Position numbers and translations under genes: made by a program. The notes under the pieces were generated by a model. That model did not search any database. It was not told the DNA's origin and was given only the letters and a program-made list of their open reading frames with translations. A stretch of DNA of 64,000 nucleotides. Origin: Tubulanus polymorphus. Taxonomy: Eukaryota; Animalia; Nemertea. How positions within the stretch are numbered: the stretch's first letter is position 1; each line of letters begins with the position of its first letter. Below are positions 27,331 through 38,700 of the stretch, piece by piece. Where the stretch lies: NCBI RefSeq assembly GCF_964204645.1, contig NC_134031.1:2232001-2296000 (forward strand), read 5' to 3'.

Positions 27331-28798
27331 CTAACAATTTGGAAGATTGCTTAAAAATCCTTTTTTAAAAATCGATAGTATGCTGCACGAAACCTCTTCA
27401 GCGGTATTTCCCGGATACCCTAGGAGAAAAGAAAATAATCAAATCAAAGAATTGTCTGGGTGAACTTTTGACGTTTTAACGCCCGTTTTTTACACGCCAG
27501 CACCCTCTTTCTGGAGGTCCGACTATTGTTCGAGTCGCAAAACACTGAATTGTTGTGGGTCTTTGCCCAATATATATATATACATTGCCGCTTATCCACC
27601 ATATCGGGATATATTGTACAGATGTCAAAAGCAATCAACACCTGTCCGATTGGTATATACGTGTATATAATATACCCCGGAATAAAATCATTGCAGAATA
27701 AATTTTCTCTTAAAGGTAAATTGAATATTTCTTGGATTTTGTCTTTTCCCTTCAAAATTCTTCTAATTCAAACTCACCGAAATCATCTTTGTTCTCGAAG
27801 GAAAGTTTCTTTAAGCAATTGAATTTATCGCACTCAATTGATATGGCCTCACATTCTCTCATTTTGGCATCTATTTTTTTTGCGGTATTTTCACATGTAA
27901 CTAAACTGTCGCCGGAGAGGGCTTCATTGCGTGCAGTATGACACAAAGTTTTAGGTCGGACGCATGTTGGGTCGTCACCACCGCACAATAATTCTGCCGC
28001 GTCAGTAACTTCAATCAAGACATTAAAATCCGCGGCTTTTTCAGCCTCATCTGCGCAACCTATCGAAACTAAAAATGAGAAACAAAATTGAGAATGACAC
28101 GTCGCGGGCGCTTTACGCAATCATGACTTCGTTACAAACCACGATTCAAACAGAAAATTGGCTAATTCATTTTCATTCGACTGAATTGATTAAATTGAAA
28201 TTGAGAACGGTGGAGTCGCATCATAATACCGCATCAACATATTATTTTGTTCCGTGTACAATTAATTAATTCCAGATATTTTTTATCTTAAAATAGGGAT
28301 TGTCCCCATTATTTATTTATTTGGCTGGTAAATTTTGTTTGATTTTTCGATTGAGTGTCCCTTACAGACCCACCACACCTGCCGGGAGCGAAACAGGGGG
28401 TTTGGTTTTGAAATCGGAAATCCAGATATTTGTTGGAGTTTAAAGGTTTTAGACTTTTTATTGAGTGTCGTTGAAAATTCAATACCCACGTACCACTCTT
28501 TGAAGATATGGCATAGATAGACATATTGTCAAAACCAATCATCGATACCGTCAGACTTTCATATTCATTTCCGTGAAAACTGAGACATCAAATCTACCCG
28601 TCGAATTGACATGATGTGCTCGTCAAAAAATCACATATATTTCTAAGTTTTGATGGCTCAAATTGTTGTTAAAGTTTTGACATCTGTGCAATGCAAGATA
28701 CCAATGCCAAATAACCCTTGCTTACCTTGTATTTTGAACACCATTAAAACCACGAGCGACTGAAAAACAGCAAACATTATTTTCGTTGACGATAACAT
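27331..28798 (-). CDS. Secreted Cys-rich protein, family member 1 (150 aa, 10 Cys), unknown function
   Basis: Exons 28798-28726 (signal-like MLSSTKIMFAVFQSLVVLMVFKIQ), 28068-27778 and 27419-27331, with phase-1 GT/AG introns. TATATAAA lies upstream at 28895-28888. The structure is conserved in the paralog at 31518-32740. Confidence 0.85.
28288..28445. repeat. Dispersed ~150-bp repeat; inverted copy at ~47920-48060
   Basis: Shared core ATTTCAAAA.CAAA.CCCCCTGT.TCGC.CCCGGCAGG.TGTG.TGGG at both sites. Confidence 0.7.
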
Positions 28799-30240
28799 CA
28801 CGAAGAAGAGATGAGAGACTCTGGTATGACAGGATACTCTGGTATGACAGGAGACTCTGGTATGGCGGGGGAATGATTTTCGGAAGGTTTATATAGGATT
28901 TGGTGCAGCACAGATGGGCGGGGCAACATGAGAAGTGACAAGTAGTAATCAACGAATGAAATTGAATCAAACGATATTTTGAAAATATGCTGAATATGCT
29001 GAAAAACCATACGGCAATTAGATCGATAAAATATAAAAATCGTACATCAAAAGTGACTTGATATTTCATAGGAATTATTTTTCTGATTGTCTCGCATTAA
29101 GACTAAGATTTTCATTTTGAACGCAGCTTCACGGAGAGTGGCCACTGTTCCTGAAAAAAAACGTATGTAATGGAAATTCTAGAGGCTACGCGTGGTTCTT
29201 TCCGCGGAGACTATGGAGACCAATTTTTGAAATTGGAGAACATCTGACGTTCGATCGAAAATTCCTCGAAATTCCTCGTTTTATAGTGATTTTGTTCGAA
29301 TGGGGAAAACATCTTTATATTTCTTATTGGAAGAAAATATCGTTCATAAGCAAGCAACGAATAATCCAATTCGCTATCTTTGTGATGAATTATGTGAACC
29401 GTATTTCTTTAAACGATCATTCAAAAATGATTCTAGCGAATTCAGTTTTACAACGGTGGAATCGGGCCAGATAGAGGCTGAGATTGAAGAAAGACTCATC
29501 AAGTTGGGCTTATGAAACAACATTTGGTATCCGATACATAGAAAAACATGCTTTCAGTATCGATTCTCCCTGAATGTTAAATGACAGCTATGTTAGAAAT
29601 ACAGGACCGCGCAATGATAGATCGCGCAAGCTGAATTTAGCTTCATCTGACACATGTTTAGTGTTGGAAGAGAACCTTTTCTGTATGCGAATAAAATGTA
29701 GGGCCTCCTGCATTAGCAGTAGAAAATATTAAAACTACCTTAATTCTTGAAGTAAGAAAAGAGCGTCAGGGAACATTGTGAGTATGGTGGTTGCTAATAG
29801 GGCATATGATTTCCAGGTTAAAAAGTGACTGAGAGAAATCAGTTCTTGTCTAGAAAAGTGGGTTTTCGCATGAAATGCGGTTTCAACCTTTTTTTCACGT
29901 TTCCATTCAAACTTTGTTCTTTTAAACTATTATTTGTGGGATTCGTCATTCGTTGATTTATAAGCTGGACGTTTCCTTTCAACGCCCTCCGTATATGGTC
30001 CTAGCTTATTCTACAGCACCAAACAAAAACCTTCATAAATTCATCCTTCGCTCAAGCATGACTACTTATGTTTCTGCGTCTCTTTTTTTGTGTTTCCCTC
30101 TGCGTCGTGTGCGTTGGGCTTCAGAGAGGGTAAACCCGGTAACCAAGATCAAATTAATAAGATAAAATCCCACTATTTACAGATTAAAAGAATTTTAAAA
30201 CCAGAATTCATTTATTCAATCAAAAATATATATAAAAGAC

Positions 30241-30277
30241 ACGACGTTTCGATCTCACCCTAGAAATCATCGTCAAA
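30241..30277 (-). ncRNA. Degenerate minimal hammerhead-ribozyme-like motif (Penelope-type)
   Basis: Minus strand TTGACGA-T-GATTTC-TAGGGT-GAGATC-GAAACGTC; core C3 mutated and stem I not evident. Confidence 0.35.
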
Positions 30278-31517
30278 TTAATAAAAATCATAATCTTCGA
30301 ATTGATACATTGAATGTATTTATTTCTCTTTTTTTATATCTTAAGTTTATTTGCCGTAAAAGCTGAGCGGCCGGTTGTAGAAAGCTCCATAACAAACTAA
30401 ATCACACTCACTGGAATCAGGCGGGGGACTGATCAGTTTACAAAATAGAATACTTGAAATTACAGGATAAACATGATATAGAAATCTTCAAAGCTCCGCT
30501 TTTAATTTTCCCGTACAACATTTGCTTTAAGCACTGTCCTTATTTTCTTAGTTGTTTGAGGTATAAAAAAGTTATAGATACATACATGTACATAAGATAT
30601 AGAAAAAAAATAATTTTTCGCACTTTTTATGTAATTTTTGGATCCAACCTTGGATCTTTTGATCTTTCTTGTAGATTTCTTTTTTTGAATTTCTCTTTTA
30701 AAGTCGACGTGTAACATACAGACAATATACGTGGTAAATAAGAAATTGATTGTGAAATTTGACTACATAATTTCTGGAGTTCTACAGTGGAACCCTCGTT
30801 TATACGAGGCGGGTCTAGAAACTTGCGGTTCTTTCGTATTTCCCAGCCAAATTTAGTAGAACTTCTACAATAGTAAATAATCAGTCTGATACGAACACGA
30901 TGATACGAAAAATTTGCCTAAACGATGAACAGTTTTATGTCTCATTTCCTTTTGTTGATTGATACATGTGTAGCAATAACATTTTACATAATGTCGGAGG
31001 TTTCAATCGGCCAACAAATGTATTTTGAAAAAAGTTTTATTTCGTTTTTCGTTTTATCTCTTCTTTTCCATCATTCAGAATCGTGTACATATAGACCTAT
31101 ACGTCAGGCAGAGAACACGTGGGCGTGCTAGGAATCGATAGGCAACTATTGGCCGGAAATTTACGTTGGATTGCATGTTACAATCGTTCGATTCCGGCTT
31201 TCTCTCACGAAATATACGACGCGTCTCCAGATTCGATCGTCCGCTATCCCAGCTTGAAACATGCAAATGAATCGCAGCACTTCCCGTCGATAATATAATT
31301 CTATGTTCGATCGTTCAGCGAATCCCTGTTGAACTTATGACGGTATTCTAAAATTCGTTTCGTAAGAACCATCTGCACCGACCAGTGCGAGAAACACTAT
31401 CGAATAAAGATCGCTTGAAATAATTTTGAATCTGTGAATATCAGCCAAAATATATAAAGAGGACCCCTTTATGTATTTTTGATGTCAGATATATATGTTT
31501 TATTTTTCCTCTTTGGT

Positions 31518-32740
31518 TTACAATATCTCACAATTATGATAATTCGCAACAATTCCTGTTTTGTGGATCGATAGAACGCTACACGAGACAGCATCAACGG
31601 TATCCCCCGTGTACCCTAGAATAGAAAATTAACAACTCTAAGAATTGTTAATCAACTTTTTATATACAAAACGAATATATAATGTACGTATTTCTTGGAT
31701 TTTGTCTTTCACCTCTCAACATTCTTTTCTGAAAGCAAACTCACCGAAACCATTTTTGTGATCGTAGTAAAGTAGGTTCATGCAATTCCATTTCTCGCAG
31801 TTGGTCGGTTTCGAATCGCATTCACGCATCTGTGATCTTGTTTCTTTCACGGTTTTATTACACGTGTTACAACTGTCGCCGGTGAGGCCTACTTTCCGTG
31901 AAGTTACACACATTATGTTAGATGAGAGACATTCATCGGTAACATTACCACCTACTGATACACCGCACAATCCCATTGCCTTTACACCAGCATCAAACAT
32001 AATGGTCGCATTCACGCTTATTTCGGCCTGACTGTCGCAACCATTGGAAACTAAAGAATAAAAGACACAATTGAGAAAAGTCGCACCCGGGAACTTTAGG
32101 ACATCGTTATAAACACCAGTTCCACGATTACAGTTAGACAGTTGAAATATGGACAGATTTTTTATTCCACAGAATCTAAGAGTAGTTTCCTGCAAGAAAC
32201 GCAAGAGAACTGACACCGAGCTGGAAAATGCGGCAGCTGAGAATAAGCTATTGCAAAATTTCTCAGCAGAAATTGTTGGCTGGAAAATGCTTGCCGTGGT
32301 TTAGCGGTTTCCTGCTCTTGCCCTTAAAATTTTCCAGCTGCCCGTCACCAAGTTCGAGTTGCATGCAAGCGATAGCTTTGGCCGTCTCCACGGCGGAAAA
32401 ACGCGGGCCGCCACTGCAAGTATCGAAATTCAGTTGTCCCGGTGATCATCTACTTATGTTTGATGTCACTGAAGGTGTTTTCGTGTAGCAAAAGCATCAA
32501 GAAAAGACAAGCTCGTCAACTAGCGGTTTCCAGCTATAGGTTCTAAATACAAACTGAAAACCGCAGTATCCGATTTGATCATAATACCAAAAACCAAAAT
32601 TCGATGTTTCATTTTCACATTTTATGCCAGATATACAAGAAACCAATGCGAATTAACCGTTGCTTACCTTGTATTCCGAACACCATTAAAACCACGAGCG
32701 ACTGAAAAACAGCAGACATTATTTTCGTTGACGATAACAT
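31518..32740 (-). CDS. Secreted Cys-rich protein, family member 2 (158 aa, 11 Cys), unknown function
   Basis: Exons 32740-32668, 32050-31745 and 31615-31518, with the same phases and Cys spacing as member 1. TATATAAA at 32873-32866. Confidence 0.85.
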
Positions 32741-33532
32741 CACGAAGAAGAGATGAGAGACTCAGGTATTGCAGGAGACTCTGGTATGGCAGGATACTCT
32801 GGTATGACGGGAGACTCTGGTATGACAGGATACTCTGGTATGGCGGGAGAATGATTTTCGGAAGGTTTATATAGAAGTTGGTGCAGCACAGATGGGCGGG
32901 GCAACACGAGAAGTGACAGGTGATAATCAACGAATGAAATTGAACCAAACGACGCGTACCGGCACTTTAAAAATATGCTGAATATGCTGAAAAGCGTCGG
33001 CAATAGATCGATAAAAGATCTTTTTTTCTTAAAGTCGCATACGTTCCCTAAGAACGATTTCAAACGAATTTTTGCACATTGAAGTTCTGAATGTGACAGG
33101 GCCAGTTTTTGGGCTGGGGGTAAACCAAATATATCAAGACTTTCCCTGGAAGCGTCTTCAGAACTTCCCAAAATAAGTGGATTCTGAGACAAACGAACAT
33201 GGAGGAAAAGTGAACTATAGCCCACTCGGACTAAAGTCAAAAGTGGGCTAAACACGAATAATTCTTGCTCTCATGAATTCTAAATCTTTTATGATTGTTA
33301 AAATTTAATGTTTCTAGCAATTTTTCAAATCACTAAAATGTTACTCATCTAAAAACAAATCGGCCGGGTCAAAATGCAATAGAATTTGTAATCAGTTCAT
33401 TTCTATCTGGGGTCTGTAGTGCATGGTTAGCTTGAGTAGATAGGCGTCTGGTCGCGTCGACTTTCAAGCCCAGCAGATAGAAATGAGAAACAAGTATCAA
33501 TTTCTATCTCTGGGTGTTGAAATCTCAATATT

Positions 33533-34320
33533 AATAGAGAAACATCAATCGATCAGTGATCAGGTGTTGAGCTCACGTATGAAAATGTACATTAGTATTG
33601 GATATACTGGAATAGAAAAGATTTTTTTCAAAACATAACTTTCAGTATCGATCCCCAGACTGGTAAAGGCAGCTGCTATTCCATTCAAAAAAAACATGAC
33701 ATCTAATGCTGGGTTCACACACACAACTTTTTGAAGAGAAAATTGAGAAGTTGTCTCAACTTCTCGATTTCTCAACTTCTGACCCGGTTAGATAAATAAA
33801 CAAAGTTGTGTCAAAATGTGTGTTCACACACACAACTCCAGCTGGGCGTAGATGCAGCAGTGCATAGAAGGCATAGAAGGATGAACAAGAAATTGCAATT
33901 TAAGCAGAAATCAAAAAGATAATTGTGATAAAACGACTTTGGCCTATCCAGCATCCATATGGATGCAGGATACTTTCTGCAGTCTGCAGTCGTCAAGCTG
34001 CTCTGTCTGCACATGATTAGAACCTACGAGCGCGTGTATGTAACATACCGAGATTCGTAGAAAACGTAAGGCATTATTCATTCCTCAATTTTTAGCCTCA
34101 ACTGCTAGCAATACCGTTGCTATCTTTGGTTGATGAAATCTTTATATTGATAGAGAAACATCAATCGATCAGTGATCAGGTGTTGAGCTCACGTATGAAA
34201 ACGTACATTGGTATTCGATATACCGGCATATAGAAAAATATTTTTTTTTCTCGAAGCAACATTTTCAGTATCATCGATCTGCTTCTACGGGTAAAGGCAG
34301 CTGCGATTCCATTAAAAAGT
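33533..34320. repeat. Local direct duplication (~33533-33690 and ~34150-34320)
   Basis: ATAGAGAAACATCAATCGATCAGTGATCAGGTGTTGAGCTCACGTATGAAAA occurs twice; weaker similarity at ~29510-29600 upstream of member 1. Confidence 0.8.
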
Positions 34321-35798
34321 ACCTGCCTCTGGGATGATGACAGCTAACTTTCTACATGAAATTCTGCAGTCGTCAAATAGCTCTGCTATTAGTTAAGTGT
34401 ATAGAAACCTTTCTGTATATAAGTCTGCAATATACAATCCGCCAAACTGCGTTGAAATTTTTAGCTCATTTCATTATTCGCGCTACGAACTCTTGAATCA
34501 CAGTATTATACACACTCGCGATCATACACATGATTAGATCATTCAGAGATTCGTAGACAAAAAGCGGGTTTAGCGTGTACATCTCTGGTCTCTGTGCAAT
34601 TAATCTTTTCAACTCTCTGCGGGATTTCGTCATTCATCAACTCATAAAACTGGTATTTCTCGTCCATAGGAATGTTCCTTTTGATTCTACAGCACGAAAC
34701 TCGAAACTACAGTAGAACTCACATGACTCGAGCTTCCGATGATAGGGACTGCTCCGAGTCCGATTTCTACGAATTAAGTAAATACCCAATTATGAATAAT
34801 AGTTTATACGTTCCAGGTTAAATGGACCGACTATTTCATCCGAATTAAATGAAAATCCGGATTGAAAAATCTGAATTAGGCGAGTCGAGATCTACTGCAC
34901 AGGGCCCAGTTTCACAAAAAGGTTTATCTCTTAAATCGATTTAATTTCTTCATTAATTCAGTTTATTTCAAATCGATTTAGGTCTTAATCCTTTTTTTGT
35001 GAACCTGGGACCTGAGTAAATCTCGCCTTATTCGCACATGGCTTACGCGGGACTTATGTATCCATAATGCCGACAACATTTACCTAGGACCAATTTCGCA
35101 TCAGGTTCGAATCCCTTCCAGGGGAGGATGGTATTCGCACAGAGAATCAATCGAGAAAGATCTACTCTAGATATCAAACTAAACCAAAATCGAAACCTTC
35201 AAATCAACAAATTCGATGTTTTTATTTCTCTTTCATAAGTTGACGAGTAACATGCATACAATAATATAAAGTAGATATCAACATCACTGTAAACTTGACA
35301 ATAACTTCTCAGCAAGAACGAATTCTACAGCACATAATTCCACCTTCAAAGACCAGTTCAGAAACAACATAGAACCATTGTTACCTTGTTTCTCCGCTCT
35401 GCTGAGCTTATAAGTTGACCCGGCCGGCCGCCTATCTACACTGTACATTACTTTTTTTAAAATCGTGATCAATTTTACCATAACAGCCCCGGCCGCTATA
35501 GAAATGAACTGTTTAGAAATGTTATCATATTTTACAAAAATGACCCCCGGCCGCTGCGGAGAAACAAGGTATCATTTGATTTTTGTTTAGCCTTAGTTAT
35601 AAAATTGTTAACATAGTACAACTCATCTTGTTATTTATTCTGAACCCGGTTAACACGGCTACTCTGCGATTAGTACACTGGGATATTGGATGATCTAAGC
35701 TACTTCACTTCAAATACGAGCCCCAGTGGTGGCAAGACAGATTCCAAACCAACCCCTACATCCACCCCTAAACTCGAGTAGAGAGTATACATTACCTA

Positions 35799-38700
35799 TC
35801 ACACATCGTCATCCTCACAAGAACCGTTTAATTCAAATTTATCGGCGACAGCTGACGCGACGGTCATCCCGCGGTCCAGTCTTATCAACGGTTTCAACGC
35901 AGTCATCAAACTATTGAACAATTCGGGAAACAACACCTCCTGCGACGCGAGGATCTGCTTCGTGCGATGTCGTTCTTTCGGCGCTTCGAAACACGCCGGA
36001 CAATTCTCGGCGATTATCGGCAATTTACGACCCTCGGCGAAGTCGCGCAGTTCGGTTTCGCGCACGTATACGAACGGTCGCACGACGCGTAAATCGCCTT
36101 CTCGTACGGTGTAGTTCGCTTTCATCGTTTGTAAACTTCCTGCGTGGAACGCGTTCATCAGGAAACTCTCGGCGAGATCGTCGAGGTGTTGCCCCATCGC
36201 GAGAACGTTATAACCCTCGCGGCGAGCGGTCGCGTAAATGCGACCGCGCTTCATGCGACTGCAAAAACTACAAATCGACGCGCACTCGTACGCGAGGTTC
36301 GCCGCCTGTTCGAGGATGTTTTGCTCCTCGTAGAAATACGGCACGCCGAGCGCGGAGAGGTAACGCTTCAACGGACTCGGGTCGTACGAGGCGGTGCGCG
36401 GGTCGACCGTCACGGCGCCGAATTCGAAACGGACGCCGCGCGACCTCGCGTAGAACTGATACTGACGTATCGTGTGCAGCAACGACAGCGAGTCTTTACC
36501 GCCCGATAAACAAACGAGAACGCGGTCGCCGTCCGCGATCATTTTATACTCTTCTAAAGCTCGTAAAGTCGGTTTGAAGATCTTTTTCGGAGGAGGGTGC
36601 CATTTTATTCCGCTGACCGTACTCGCCGCCGGAGCACTGTCCGAAATGTTTTCTTCTCTCGGTCTGAAGCAAGCATCGCCATCTTTACAAACGAATCCGC
36701 TGTTCGTCTTATGATCGAGTTTAGACTTTTGACTGGATTCCGAGCCATTGACTGTAACCGAATCTGGAGTTTTTGCTTCTTTCTCCGTCAAATCAGCACT
36801 TGAAGATTTACCGGTAGATTTAAAACCGTCTTCTCGACTTTTCTGAACAGTCGAATCAGGAATCGGAGTCGCTTCTACTTTCTCGGTAAAATCAGTGCTT
36901 GAAGAATTGCTTCTAGATTTTACTTTCTGAGTTATCTGATTCGTCAAATCAGTGCTTGAGGATTTAGTTTTAGATTTGCCTTTTCTAGCTTTTCGAGCAT
37001 TTTTCCGAGGATTTTGAGTTGCTTCTACTTTCTCGGTCAAATCAGTACTTGAAGAATTGCTTTTAGAATTGACTTTCTGATTCGTCAAATCAGTGCTTGA
37101 AGATTTAGTTTTAGATTCACTTTTTCTAGCTTTTCGAGCATTTTTTCGAGGATTTTGAGTTGCTTCAACTTTTACAGTCGAATCAGTACTTGAAGAATTG
37201 CTTTTAGAATTGACTTTCTGATTGGTCAAATCAGCGCTTGAAGATTTAGTTTCAAAATCGCTTTTTCGAGCTTTCTCGCTTGTCAAATCAGTATTAACTT
37301 CAATTTTCTGGGCTGGATCAGCGATTGAAGAACTGTCTTTACGAGCTTCCTCATTCATCATATCAGGATGATCGACAGCAGAATCAGGTAGAAATCCTGA
37401 CGTTAACATTTCAGTCATTCCCTCTGAAAAGCTTTTACCGTTATCCTGAATACTAATCATATTCGCGCTTTCATTAGATTTATCAACGAACTGATCACGG
37501 TCACTAGCTTTTTCAACATCACCGGCCATCTTATCAGTTTTATCAACGAACTGATCGCGGTCACTCGCTTTTTCAACATCACCGGCCATCTTATCAGTTT
37601 TATCAACGAACTGATCACGGTCACTCGCTTTTTCAACATCATCGGCCATCTTATCAGTTTTATCAACGAACTGATCACGGTCACTCGCTTTTTCAACATC
37701 ACCGGCCATCTTATCAGTTTCTAAGATCGGGTAGTGCTTGCGTTTCATTTTAATACGTTTCCCCGGATAGAACGTGGTCAGCACAGGCGGGTACTGCGAG
37801 GCTGTTTTGCGATCGTACAGCCACAACGCTGCCTCGCTGGGCAGCAGGAACCAGCGTATACACCGGCCGCGCTCGTCGAAGAACGGTTTTTGATCGGCGA
37901 TTTTCACTCGTTGCTTCGCGGCGTTTCGAAACACGTCATGTGCGAATTCGAGGCACTCTCCGAGCGACTCGGGAAGCGGGCCTTTCTCGTTCGTCGGCGG
38001 GTCGCGGAACCGCATTTCCGCGGCGCCGTACGATATATACCCCAACCACTTACGATCTTTGAACACTTGATGATCGCGATGGCGCCACTCTCCCGTTTCT
38101 GGATTGAAAATATACCGCGGTAGAATCCGCCAGGCGTTTTCGGCGACGAGTTTCACGGCTTCGAGAATGAAATCGACTTCGTCGTCGTTCGCGAAATACG
38201 GCAAATTCAAACGCGTGAAACCGGGACGCAGGATCTCGCGGTGGTTGTATTCCCGTTTACGCCGTAGATGAGTCCGATCGAGACGACTGTCCTCCACCAA
38301 TAGATCCTCGATGCGTTCGGCTAGATCCTCGTCGATACCGAGTAGATACTGCGCGTACGGACCGGCGCACGCGCAACCTCCGCGCGACTGGATCCCGAAC
38401 AGATCGTTTAGAACAGCGGCTACGAAGTTATGATGCAGAAACAGACCGGTCTCCGGGTGACGGACGACGAACGAGAAAATCGGCAAACGACGCAACGTCC
38501 GACTTCCGAGCAGCACCAAATTATCGACGTCCTTCCAATAATCGAAAGCCTTCGTGCAAAGTTTTTGATCTCGCGACGCGATCAGGTCCACGGTTACCGC
38601 ATCTTTCAACTGGAAAACTAACCCGGCTCGGATAGATTCAACGATCGCCGGCGTCCCACCTTCCTCGCGCATCTCAACTTCCTGTAGATAGCGGTGCGCG

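Noticed and set aside
27752-27777. ORF-track C-termini GEFELEEF* (and GEFAFRKEC* at 31716) and possible UGA-selenocysteine readthrough
   Set aside because: Both run through a GTGAGT donor; splicing to a conserved third exon explains the homology, and the frames after TGA are not conserved.
35799-36600. Calling the PP-loop domain CTU1/Ncs6 or TilS
   Set aside because: It lacks the extra Zn-finger CxxC pairs of CTU1 and has SGGKDS plus two CxxC motifs, unlike TilS; TtcA-like fits best.
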